Positions 8,863 through 17,136 are shown, counted from the stretch's first letter. The stretch is DNA of 64,000 nucleotides from an uncultured virus (IMG/VR IMGVR_UViG_3300047548_000808) (IMGVR_UViG_3300047548_000808); one strand, 5' to 3'. Numbers and translations are program-made. Notes: generated from the sequence alone by a model not told the origin.

Positions 8863-9471
8863 ATGAAGCTAGTAAACTCTGTAGCTGAAGCTTTAGAAAT
8901 ACGTGCCCTTACCGTTGGTAGTGCTCTTCATGGTGGATTCTGGCAGAACGAAGCGCGTCGCAAAAATATCCTATCCAATCTAGACCAGCACTTTTATAGT
9001 TTAGACACCAACCTAAACTGCTGGGCTTCAAAATCTAACGAACTAGTAGTTGCACTAAATGCGGATAGTAGTGACATAGACTTCTACAGTAAGTTCTCGG
9101 AACTGCCTGCAATGGTTAATTTTCCCGGATACACTATGAAGGCACGTAATATCATAATGGAAGATGAGGCGGCTAAAGCCCCTTGGTGTACTAGGCGTGG
9201 AATGATGGAGCAGGTATACGCAGTTCTTAGTAAAAAGACTACGATGCCTATAATGTGTTCCGCTTCTCTATCGGATGAGGGGTTTGGTGCATGGAAAAAG
9301 ATGTGTTCTAGACGCCAGTACTGGCTAGTTAAAATAACGAATTTTGACGACGACCGACGCATGAAGGGTTTCATGTTTCTAGACGTACTAGACTCAAAGA
9401 ACTTTTCTGACATCGTAGAGCCCTCAGGCTCGTATAGCAAGGATAACCTACGTATACTTATAGGAATGTAA
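8863..9471 (+). CDS. hypothetical protein, possible GNAT-like fold
   Basis: RRGMMEQVY...SASLSDEGFGAWKKM resembles the phage GNAT-like motif also seen in 12372..13010. Confidence 0.5.
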   Translation: MKLVNSVAEALEIRALTVGSALHGGFWQNEARRKNILSNLDQHFYSLDTNLNCWASKSNELVVALNADSSDIDFYSKFSELPAMVNFPGYTMKARNIIMEDEAAKAPWCTRRGMMEQVYAVLSKKTTMPIMCSASLSDEGFGAWKKMCSRRQYWLVKITNFDDDRRMKGFMFLDVLDSKNFSDIVEPSGSYSKDNLRILIGM

Positions 9472-9472
9472 A

Positions 9473-9673
9473 ATGAATCATGTAAAAGTACTTTCTCGTT
9501 TCATAGTGGTAGTGTTCTGGTTGCTCCTGTCCGGGCTACTGGTTACTATGGTGATGAACTCAGGTAACGCCTGGAGTCTTTCCTGGGTCACTATTCTTGT
9601 GTACGGTATTATTCTGTCCGTCGTATCCTACGTAGGTTTCTTTGTTTCTAAGTTTCTCTGGAGTATCGAATAA
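9473..9673 (+). CDS. small membrane protein with two TM helices
   Basis: Two hydrophobic stretches; coupled to the next gene. Confidence 0.7.
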   Translation: MNHVKVLSRFIVVVFWLLLSGLLVTMVMNSGNAWSLSWVTILVYGIILSVVSYVGFFVSKFLWSIE

Positions 9674-10386
9674 TGTCTAAGTCTATTATTTCTATCCTGG
9701 CCGTTGCTGCTTCTCTAGCTGTCAGTGGCTGCTCCCGCACTCCTTCCAACGTGCATGTTATTTCTACCACGAACTGTGGAGCCGCTTGGACTAAGCTAGA
9801 AGTTGCATCTACTGTTCCGAAGCACACGGGCAATCCTTGTGGCTACACTGTAGCAATTCCAAACTGGCCGATGGCTGGTGATGCCAAGTTCAAGACTCAA
9901 TTTGCTAAAAAGGTTTTGAGCGAAGCTTCGCTTTCATATACCTACGTAATCACTAACCCTCTAGCCTTTATTAACGAAGCACGCTATCTAGGTAAGATGG
10001 GTGGTAGCCTAGAGCTATCCGCATCGGATGTGGGTGAACGTTACGAAATGGCGGAGAACATTATTATCGACAAGCTACTGCGAGAAGTAACTACAGAGAT
10101 CACGCGCGAGCTAGACGTGGTAGAAGCGAATCCAGCAGAAATCGAAGACATGATTTTCAACAAGGCAAAAGCTGCACTAGAAAAGAAAGGCATTGCGTTC
10201 TCTGACCTAGCTCTTGTAATCAAGAACGACGATCAAACCCGTCTGGCTATTGATGCCGCTACGGCTATTCGAGTGTATGAAGCTGCGGGTATCGGTGAGG
10301 TTGGTAAGCAAATTATGGCAGCCCGCGCTGGTGCTACACAAATCACTGTTAATAACAACGCACCTGAGGCCAGCTCAGGTAAATAA
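9673..10386 (+). CDS. lipoprotein, SPFH/Band-7-like
   Basis: Signal peptide with lipobox VSGC; SPFH-like alpha/beta core and Ala-rich helical C-terminus. Confidence 0.55.
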   Translation: MSKSIISILAVAASLAVSGCSRTPSNVHVISTTNCGAAWTKLEVASTVPKHTGNPCGYTVAIPNWPMAGDAKFKTQFAKKVLSEASLSYTYVITNPLAFINEARYLGKMGGSLELSASDVGERYEMAENIIIDKLLREVTTEITRELDVVEANPAEIEDMIFNKAKAALEKKGIAFSDLALVIKNDDQTRLAIDAATAIRVYEAAGIGEVGKQIMAARAGATQITVNNNAPEASSGK

Positions 10387-10457
10387 ACACCTACCTGTTA
10401 AAGGATAGAACCGTGGGGTGGAATTCCACCCCACCTAATAAGAAAGGAAACTAAATA

Positions 10458-11972
10458 ATGGCTTCAGGTAAAATGCCCGTCATCGATGCTCTTGCGCTAG
10501 CAAGAACAAACATGAAAATCTATGGGGAAGAAGTCAACTTGGAACGTTCTGTTCCAGACTTCCGTGACGGGCTAAAACCAGTAGCTCGCCGCGTTCTAGT
10601 TTCCATGAATGACATTATGGGCCTGCGTTCTACTCGTGGTGTAAAAACTGCAAAGGTTGCTGGTCACTGTATTGGTACGTATCACCCACATGCTGATACG
10701 GGGGCTTCGGATGCTGCAGTAACTCAGGTTAATCTACCTTTTCCACCGATTGAAGGTATTGGCAACTGGGGTACTCTAGTTTCGGGTGCTGGTTCTCCAC
10801 GTTATACAAACGTGGCTTTTACTAACTATGGCAGATCCTTTTTCTCCAAGCACTATCACGTTCTGGTAGACAAGGTTCCAAACTACGACTCGTCTACGAA
10901 AGAACCTCTATGTCTAGCTGCTCTTTTCCCTAACATCCTGTTCCAAGGAATCATGGGTATTGGTGTTGGTATCAGAACCAGCATTCCAGCGTTCTCTCCA
11001 ATTTCTGTCCTCAAGTTAATGAATCGACTACTTGAGGGAGAAAAACTTACTCCAGAAGACTACGCCCGTTCACTTAAATTCGTTAACCAGTACGGTGGCT
11101 GCATTGCAAAGACCAAGGAAAACTTCAAGGCCGCAGTGGAACTGTTCTCTAGTACAAAAGGTTCGATTCGCTGGAAATCCCCGCTAATTATAGACGAAGA
11201 TACAAAGTCTATAACCATAGACTCTTTTGCGCCGAATATTAATCCAGTAGAAATTCTAGACAAGAAAGTCAAACTTATTCCAGAGGTAAAATCCGTTTAC
11301 TCTGGTAAAGGACTATCATACGTAATAGAAGTAGACCGTAAGTGCAACATGGCCCAGTTTAATGCTGTGGTTGCCAAGGTAGACTCTATGTTTTCTACGT
11401 CAATGTCCTATGATATTTACGTAACCGAGCGAACCCTAGTTGATGCAGAATCTGGCAAATACAAGGTCGATTTCCACAATTTATCTATTCCCAGTTTGGT
11501 AATTCGCTGGTTAAAGTGGCGGTTGAAGCTAGAAGCTGATAGTCTAGACTATCAGATCAAACAGGCAGAAGATCGCATCAACTTCCTGAATTTGCTAGTC
11601 CTAGCATGTGATAACCTGAAGATTATCTTTGATGCTATTCGTACCCAGGCCCCGGCTGACTATCTGGTAAAGCATCTAGAAATATCGCTGGAAGACGCAA
11701 ACGTTATTCTAGACCGAAAAGTGCGTAACCTTTCTAAGATGGACAAGAGCAAGCTTCAAACAGAATTGAAGACTGTTAAGGATCATCATGGAAAGCTGAA
11801 GATCAAACGTAAGTCTCCTAGGAAGGAAGTTATTGCTTTCTTCCAACACTCTATTACGCAGATTGAAGCCTATCAGAAGTTTGCAGGAACAAGGCAGTTC
11901 AAGTTGAAGTCGGTTCCAGCATCTGTTAATGCTCTAGGTGAAGACGACGTAGAAGAGACTACGGAAGAGTAA
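10458..11972 (+). CDS. gyrA: type IIA topoisomerase subunit A (GyrA/ParC-like, no C-terminal pinwheel)
   Basis: DGLKPVARR, KTAKVAG...YHPH.D, GNWG, catalytic PRYT, GIGVG motifs. Confidence 0.9.
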   Translation: MASGKMPVIDALALARTNMKIYGEEVNLERSVPDFRDGLKPVARRVLVSMNDIMGLRSTRGVKTAKVAGHCIGTYHPHADTGASDAAVTQVNLPFPPIEGIGNWGTLVSGAGSPRYTNVAFTNYGRSFFSKHYHVLVDKVPNYDSSTKEPLCLAALFPNILFQGIMGIGVGIRTSIPAFSPISVLKLMNRLLEGEKLTPEDYARSLKFVNQYGGCIAKTKENFKAAVELFSSTKGSIRWKSPLIIDEDTKSITIDSFAPNINPVEILDKKVKLIPEVKSVYSGKGLSYVIEVDRKCNMAQFNAVVAKVDSMFSTSMSYDIYVTERTLVDAESGKYKVDFHNLSIPSLVIRWLKWRLKLEADSLDYQIKQAEDRINFLNLLVLACDNLKIIFDAIRTQAPADYLVKHLEISLEDANVILDRKVRNLSKMDKSKLQTELKTVKDHHGKLKIKRKSPRKEVIAFFQHSITQIEAYQKFAGTRQFKLKSVPASVNALGEDDVEETTEE

Positions 11973-11998
11973 CTCCGTTCTACACAATTTATTTTCCT

Positions 11999-12072
11999 GC
12001 GGCGTTGGTATATTGGTTGTGCCCTAGTCCTCCAAATTAGAGAAACCAGTTCGATTCTGGTACGCCGCTCCA
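11999..12072 (+). tRNA. tRNA-Gly(TCC) with atypical C33
   Basis: Acceptor GCGGCGT/ACGCCGC, U73, CCA; anticodon arm CTAGT-CCTCCAA-ATTAG; TTCGATT T-loop. Confidence 0.85.
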
Positions 12073-12087
12073 AATAAAAAACACTCT

Positions 12088-12177
12088 GCCCGAGTGGTGA
12101 AACTGGTTAGACACTGCAGTCTTAAACGCTGCCGAACGGAAACGTTCATGTCGGTTCGACTCCGACCTCGGGTACCA
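12088..12177 (+). tRNA. tRNA-Leu(TAA)
   Basis: GCCCGAG/CTCGGGT acceptor, A73, CCA; long variable arm; loop CTTAAAC. Confidence 0.92.
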
Positions 12178-12185
12178 AACACCCT

Positions 12186-12353
12186 GCACACACTAGCGTA
12201 ATCAGTGAAACATGAGATCCGAGCCGGTTTGCTTAAAAATCCTGTGAACGTATGGGAACAATAATGGCTTATACCCAAGCAAGGACACGTCTTATACTTT
12301 TGTGTATATTGTCTCGCAGTGATAGGATAAAAGCGAGTAATAAATTTCTATCA
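12186..12353 (+). ncRNA. putative structured RNA of unknown family
   Basis: Nested helices ATGAGAT/GTCTTAT, TTGCTT/AAGCAA, GTATGGG/CTTATAC, then a pseudoknot CTCGC/GCGAG plus TGATAGGA/TTCTATCA. Confidence 0.4.
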
Positions 12354-12371
12354 ACTAACTAGGAGAAGTTT

Positions 12372-13010
12372 ATGGTAACAGTTGCCAAGCGTATTGATGC
12401 TATACAAACAGGCTTTACTATAAGCGATAAGTACAAAGATCTAATTATACGTAGAATTAAGAAGTCTATAAGACTAAATACGGTAAAGGATCTAAATCTT
12501 CTTGTTGGTCGTCTATGTCCTATCTTCCTAACAGGAGATAAGAAAACATATTTTGCTCTTCAAGAACCACTTGATCTGGAAGACGTTAATGAAACTTGCG
12601 TTGTTCATTACCTAAATAACGTAGAGTACCTTGATCTTCCTCTAGTGGAAACTAAAGTTCCAGTCCAGACCTTTGTATGGAAATCACCTGATGCTGATCC
12701 ATATCATATGGCAGGAATAGCTAAAGACGTAATAATCAAAATTCTACTAAAGAAGCACAAAATAGTAGGATCAGATGCTACTCAGTCTGACGATGGCGCT
12801 AGATTTTGGCGTTCACTGGTAACTGGTGCGTTGACAACATATGGACCAAATAAAATATTTGTATATCTACATGATATTAGATTTGGAAAATACGTTCAAC
12901 TACCTAGAATCGCTCACCCAAGTGAGCTTGATGAACTGATAGTTTGGGGTAAAACTCCTGAGTTTAGTAAGACAAGACTTCTGATTTCGCTTAAGCCAAT
13001 CGAAATCTGA
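12372..13010 (+). CDS. hypothetical protein, possible GNAT-like fold
   Basis: AGIAKDV...IVGSDATQSDDGARFW motif; AGGAGA RBS. Confidence 0.55.
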   Translation: MVTVAKRIDAIQTGFTISDKYKDLIIRRIKKSIRLNTVKDLNLLVGRLCPIFLTGDKKTYFALQEPLDLEDVNETCVVHYLNNVEYLDLPLVETKVPVQTFVWKSPDADPYHMAGIAKDVIIKILLKKHKIVGSDATQSDDGARFWRSLVTGALTTYGPNKIFVYLHDIRFGKYVQLPRIAHPSELDELIVWGKTPEFSKTRLLISLKPIEI

Positions 13011-13030
13011 TACTGTTAACGAACTAAGTA

Positions 13031-13120
13031 GGAAGCGTGGCGGAGTGGACTAACGCATCGGCTTTGAATACCGACGTTCCTTAAACGGAACCGTGAGTTC
13101 GAATCTCACCGCTTCCGCCA
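13031..13120 (+). tRNA. tRNA-Ser(TGA)
   Basis: GGAAGCG/CGCTTCC acceptor, G73, CCA; long variable arm; loop TTTGAAT; C31.A39 mismatch. Confidence 0.9.
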
Positions 13121-13146
13121 ATTATAGTAGTAAGAAGGATTAGAAT

Positions 13147-13854
13147 ATGAAAAGTAGGTCTAATCCGAAAATACAAGAGTTCTTTTTATGGCTTCTGTAC
13201 AAAGATCGTATATCTGTGTACGACGATGGTACAGTTATAAACAACATAACGGGTACAGAGTATAACGCCACAGACTCTAGTGGGTATAAGAAGGTTTCTT
13301 ACTCATATAAGAAAAAGATCTGGCAGATACAATCGCATAGGCTAGTTTGGGTAGCGTTCAACGGACCTATCGAAGACGACTCTCTTGTAATTAACCATAT
13401 TAATGGTATTAAGTCAGACAACAGACTAGTTAACCTTGAACTGGTATCTGTAGGAGACAACGCCAGGCATGCCGTTAGAACTGGTTTATCTAGAGTACTT
13501 AGGAGCGAAGAGAAGCCTAACGCGGTGTTTACTAATGATGATGTAAAATATCTTAGAAAAGCCTTCGCTAATAATGTACTTTCTATACAAGAAATACAGA
13601 TTAAATACAAGTGTTCATTTAACACGGTTAAATCTATGCTTGTAGGTTACACTTACTACAGTATAAACACGAAATACTGTCCAGCATGCAAGCAAATTTT
13701 GCTTTCTATGTCTGAAATCAGTAGACGAACAGTAAATGCAATTAGTAGTTCACTAATATTAAAAATACAAGAGCTACATATCCAAGGACTTTCCAGTGTA
13801 GGAATAGCCAAAGCTCTTGGTATAAATAGAAATACCGTAATGAAGTATTGGTAG
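13147..13854 (+). CDS. free-standing HNH homing endonuclease with C-terminal HTH repeats
   Basis: SHRLVWVAF...INHINGIKSDNRLVNLELVS...N..HA; C-terminal IAKALGINRNTV HTH; lies between two tRNA genes. Confidence 0.9.
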   Translation: MKSRSNPKIQEFFLWLLYKDRISVYDDGTVINNITGTEYNATDSSGYKKVSYSYKKKIWQIQSHRLVWVAFNGPIEDDSLVINHINGIKSDNRLVNLELVSVGDNARHAVRTGLSRVLRSEEKPNAVFTNDDVKYLRKAFANNVLSIQEIQIKYKCSFNTVKSMLVGYTYYSINTKYCPACKQILLSMSEISRRTVNAISSSLILKIQELHIQGLSSVGIAKALGINRNTVMKYW

Positions 13855-13862
13855 AGTTTGAC

Positions 13863-13937
13863 AGGCCGTTAATTCAAAGGTTAGAATAGGAAACTCATAA
13901 TTTCTCAATCCGTGTTCGAGTCACGGACGGCCTACCA
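13863..13937 (+). tRNA. tRNA with CAT anticodon, probably Ile2 (elongator Met not excluded)
   Basis: AGGCCGT/ACGGCCT acceptor, A73, CCA; loop CTCATAA; C4:G69 and C5:G68 pairs as in TilS substrates. Confidence 0.88.
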
Positions 13938-13962
13938 TCATCTTTTACTGCAAATAAGTTTA

Positions 13963-14062
13963 GTCATCCTGGTTAGGCATGTCGGATTAGCCCCGCATAC
14001 ATCCCCAAAACCCTTGGTTCCTGAAGTTAAAATGCTGCTTTATGCAAGCTAGTCAGGATGAC
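13963..14062 (+). ncRNA. putative 100-nt structured RNA
   Basis: 14-bp closing helix GTCATCCTGGTTAG/CTAGTCAGGATGAC (two G.U pairs), then GCAT/ATGC; non-coding; inside the tRNA cluster. Confidence 0.5.
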
Positions 14063-14073
14063 ACCTAACTTAG

Positions 14074-14174
14074 TATTAGCACTAAGCCTGACTGTAGCTC
14101 AACAGGAAAGAGCAGCTGCCTTCTAAGCAGCAGGTCGGGAGTTCGAGTCTCTCCAGTCAGGCTTAGTGCTAATA
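14074..14174 (+). tRNA. tRNA-Arg(TCT)-like element; body 14088-14161, no CCA, acceptor stem extended to 21 bp
   Basis: D arm GCTC/GAGC with A20; anticodon arm GCTGC-CTTCTAA-GCAGC; T arm GGGAG-TTCGAGT-CTCTC; perfect inverted repeat 14074-14094 / 14154-14174. Confidence 0.85.
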
Positions 14175-14270
14175 AGATTTTTATAATGCAGCAGCACCGC
14201 AACAACCCTGGGACACCGGGCGCTGCTTTAACCCCTGAAGTGTCCTGGGAAACTCGAAAAGGAAATAAAA

Positions 14271-14693
14271 ATGGCTACCGTAAACGTAAACAAGGTTCTT
14301 GAGCGCTCTGCTGCTACTCTAGCTAAGGTACAAGGTCAGCTAGCTGCTGCAATGGCCAGCGCTACCGCAGCTCCTGTTGCAAAGAAGACTTCTGCCAAGG
14401 TTGCAGAAGTTGCTGCTCCTGCTAAGCGTGGTCGCAAGGCTGCTGTTGCAGAAGTTGTTGAAGCTCCTAAGCGTGGCCGTAAGGCTGCTGTAGTTGCTGA
14501 GGCTCCAGCCAAGCAAACTCGCAAGAAGGCTGCTCCTGTTGTTGAAGCGGCTCCTGCTAAGCGTGGTCGCAAGGCTGCTGTTGCAGAAGTTGTTGCTCCA
14601 GCTAAGGTTACTCGCAAGAAGGCAGTTGTTGTTGAAGCTCCGGTAAAGAAGAAGTCCAAGAAGGATGATTCTGGTTTCGGTGACTTCGGTTAA
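14271..14693 (+). CDS. histone H1-like Lys/Ala-rich DNA-binding protein
   Basis: Repeated APAKRGRKAAV units; strong RBS; followed by a long hairpin. Confidence 0.75.
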   Translation: MATVNVNKVLERSAATLAKVQGQLAAAMASATAAPVAKKTSAKVAEVAAPAKRGRKAAVAEVVEAPKRGRKAAVVAEAPAKQTRKKAAPVVEAAPAKRGRKAAVAEVVAPAKVTRKKAVVVEAPVKKKSKKDDSGFGDFG

Positions 14694-14702
14694 TTAAAAG
14701 CT

Positions 14703-14739
14703 AGAAGAGCCCAGTTAGCATGCTAACTGGGCTCTTCTT
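14703..14739 (+). terminator. intrinsic terminator / long palindrome
   Basis: AGAAGAGCCCAGTTAGCA/TGCTAACTGGGCTCTTCT perfect palindrome. Confidence 0.75.
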
Positions 14740-14748
14740 GCGTGGTGC

Positions 14749-14838
14749 TTGACAGCCGATTCGATCTGTGGTACAATGGATTGTGGCTGAAACCACGCCC
14801 TTGTTACAACATGTTACACTCCAGCTGAAGGAAATAAA
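14749..14838 (+). promoter_or_regulatory. sigma70-type promoter with leader and RBS, repeat copy 2
   Basis: TTGACA(14749)-17-TACAAT(14772); about 90 nt shared with 18231-18320. Confidence 0.85.
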
Positions 14839-14841
14839 CTC

Positions 14842-15684
14842 ATGTCCTCTAATAAAGTCCAAATGATTGTTGTTGATTCTGGTGAACTCTACGTGTTCGG
14901 TAAACTCATTAGCCGACACCCAGATTTCCCGTGGCTCTTCTCGATTACTGACGTGTATAAGGCTTGTGAAAAGCCTATCAAAAAGGAAGCCTTACGCAAG
15001 GGAAAGAAACCAGATACGTTCTTTAAGACGCGCGCTCCAGGTCAATACATAAGACAAACTGTACTAAATCCTCCTATACATAATATAGGTAATAGATTAC
15101 GAGATAAGTATAAGGTAAAAACTAGCATATCAAATAGAGATTTATGTATTAAAGTATATGAAGGCAATAGAAAAGATAAATTACAAGGAACATACATAGC
15201 ACAAGATCTTATTCCAGGCTATATCGACTTTCTTCAGATTCCTGAGTTGTCTTCAGAGTACCATAAACTCTTCCCTACTTCTAGCGAAGCTATCGTCAGG
15301 ACAATAAAACAACATAACAAATCAAGAGCTGAACTAGAATTTAGTAAGTATCTTCACGCAGCAGCTAAAGTACACAAGTGTGAATTAATTACTCAGAAAA
15401 CAGAACTAGATAAATACAGAGTAGATTTTATATTTTATTCAAAACGAAGGCAAGCTGCATGGTTAATTGAATTTGATGAAGACCATCACATTAGGCAACA
15501 GGAAGAAGATAATACAAGGTGGTCTGAGATTAGAGAACGCTATAGTAAGTTCACCCGTAAACCCAACAATGGTTTCTACTTCGTGAGAGTGTCCGAAGGA
15601 CAACATGAAGAGTTCTTTGTGAATTTTCTTACCTACCTTAATACAGGTAACTTTAATAAACTGAACTTCATTCATGTAAACTGA
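14842..15684 (+). CDS. KilA-N domain protein fused to a DUF559/Vsr-like PD-(D/E)XK nuclease domain
   Basis: FSITDVYKA...GTYIAQDLI (KilA-N); YRVDF...LIEFDEDHH...D..R nuclease motif. Confidence 0.7.
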   Translation: MSSNKVQMIVVDSGELYVFGKLISRHPDFPWLFSITDVYKACEKPIKKEALRKGKKPDTFFKTRAPGQYIRQTVLNPPIHNIGNRLRDKYKVKTSISNRDLCIKVYEGNRKDKLQGTYIAQDLIPGYIDFLQIPELSSEYHKLFPTSSEAIVRTIKQHNKSRAELEFSKYLHAAAKVHKCELITQKTELDKYRVDFIFYSKRRQAAWLIEFDEDHHIRQQEEDNTRWSEIRERYSKFTRKPNNGFYFVRVSEGQHEEFFVNFLTYLNTGNFNKLNFIHVN

Positions 15685-15694
15685 GGAACTAGAA

Positions 15695-16069
15695 ATGACT
15701 AACGAGTATGAATTCTACGCTGAAGACGAAGAGAGTTTTGAGTTTTACGAAGATTTTGGAAACAATCAACTGAATAATCGTCTAGTTGAAGCCTGTGGTC
15801 TGAAGAATGTTCTTCCAATGAAGGTTCAAGAAGGAATTAATGAGGGTACTTTTGGAATGACAGCCACACAGTTAAAGAAGGCTCGTGGCCTAAAAGAACC
15901 TATCAATGATAACCTTACTGAAGATGAAGTAGATATCAAGAACATTGGAATTATTATTGCTACGAATCGAATTCGTAATCACGAGCTAGAAACTATTCCA
16001 CACAAGCTCGGTCGAAAGATTGGTGTAGACTCTGGTGAACTAGCACGTAAGACTATTCGTTCTATTTAA
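15695..16069 (+). CDS. protein homologous to the C-terminal domain of 18600..19487
   Basis: LVEACG..PMKVQEGINEG...KEP.NDNLTE shared between the two ORFs. Confidence 0.75.
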   Translation: MTNEYEFYAEDEESFEFYEDFGNNQLNNRLVEACGLKNVLPMKVQEGINEGTFGMTATQLKKARGLKEPINDNLTEDEVDIKNIGIIIATNRIRNHELETIPHKLGRKIGVDSGELARKTIRSI

Positions 16070-16110
16070 TATCACCGTCAATTTTAGTCTTTACTGCACT
16101 GGAGAAATTC

Positions 16111-17136
16111 ATGGGAACTATGCGTATTTCGGCACCTAGGAAGCCTATCGTGGCTAGCGTATATGATGACGAAGAACTGGCTAGACTTCGTGAAGATTTT
16201 ATTGAGAACATAAAGAATAAAAAGCTGAACAACTCTGTACAGGTTATTGATCGTATTCTTACAATTCTTCCTGGCCTACGGTCAAAGGCCAACGTAGCTA
16301 GAAACATGATTGTTTCTATCCGCGAGGGTCTTATGGATTCTTCTATTACAAAGGAAGAAGCTACCTCAGAGCTAATTAAAGCTCGAAAGAGTTTTCTAGA
16401 CTCACTATCGACCTTCGTTCAGGAATTGACCTCAGAAGGAAAACTAACCAAGAAGAGCACTCAACCTAAGGGTGTTCGTCCAGCTGAACCAGAACAGGAT
16501 CCTGATGCTACAGCTCCAGAAGATGATGCTGGTAATCTAAAGGTTATGGTTCAGCAAACGCTAGAAGACTTCCTAGACAAGCTTCAGGATAACGTAGCTC
16601 CGAATTCTGTAATTAGCTTCAACGGAAATAAGTCTTCTCTTCAGAAGATGATTGTTCAGAACAGTGTAGTTCTTACTCGTGCTCCTGTTGTTCCAATGAC
16701 GAAGACTCCGTTCAGTGTACAGAAACTGAAGGCATTTGGCTTCAAGGTTCAGGATCTGGAAGGCTATCCAATTATTGAGGATCAGCTAGTTCTTGGTATT
16801 ATGCACTCAGGTATAAATGCTGACGTACAAGATATCGTCGATAAGAAGATGGCTAAGTCAAAGGGTCTAGATGATAAGGCTCGTGTAGATCGAGCGCATA
16901 AACTACTTGATGCTGAGATTGCACGAGTAGCTAAAGAAATGGATGAGAATCTGATAGAAGCAGTAAAGCACGAGTATGCTAACCTGAAGCTAATTGAGTT
17001 CGGTCCTGCCCACTGGTCTGGGGCTGCTTGGTATTGGCTAGTTCCTAACTCGCACCTGAATCTGTTTAACAAATCAAGTATATCCAAGACCTCTCAGATG
17101 ACGCAAGTAAAGAGTTGGAGCTTTCCTTTCAAGTAA
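16111..17136 (+). CDS. hypothetical protein
   Basis: 341-aa ORF with GGAG RBS, preceded by AATTTTA. Confidence 0.75.
   Translation: MGTMRISAPRKPIVASVYDDEELARLREDFIENIKNKKLNNSVQVIDRILTILPGLRSKANVARNMIVSIREGLMDSSITKEEATSELIKARKSFLDSLSTFVQELTSEGKLTKKSTQPKGVRPAEPEQDPDATAPEDDAGNLKVMVQQTLEDFLDKLQDNVAPNSVISFNGNKSSLQKMIVQNSVVLTRAPVVPMTKTPFSVQKLKAFGFKVQDLEGYPIIEDQLVLGIMHSGINADVQDIVDKKMAKSKGLDDKARVDRAHKLLDAEIARVAKEMDENLIEAVKHEYANLKLIEFGPAHWSGAAWYWLVPNSHLNLFNKSSISKTSQMTQVKSWSFPFK

Noticed and set aside
11999..12072. Reading this tRNA as Trp(CCA)
   Set aside because: Centring CCA in the loop destroys the anticodon stem; G1-C2-G3 and U73 indicate Gly
11873..12278. Two minus-strand ORFs
   Set aside because: They lie antisense to well-formed tRNA genes
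14215..14265. HDV-like ribozyme (GGGACAC/GTGTCCT, GG, CGAA)
   Set aside because: P1 and a J4/2-like CGAA are present but P2 and P3 cannot be formed convincingly; the 1851-1900 element likewise lacks a proper L3 and catalytic C
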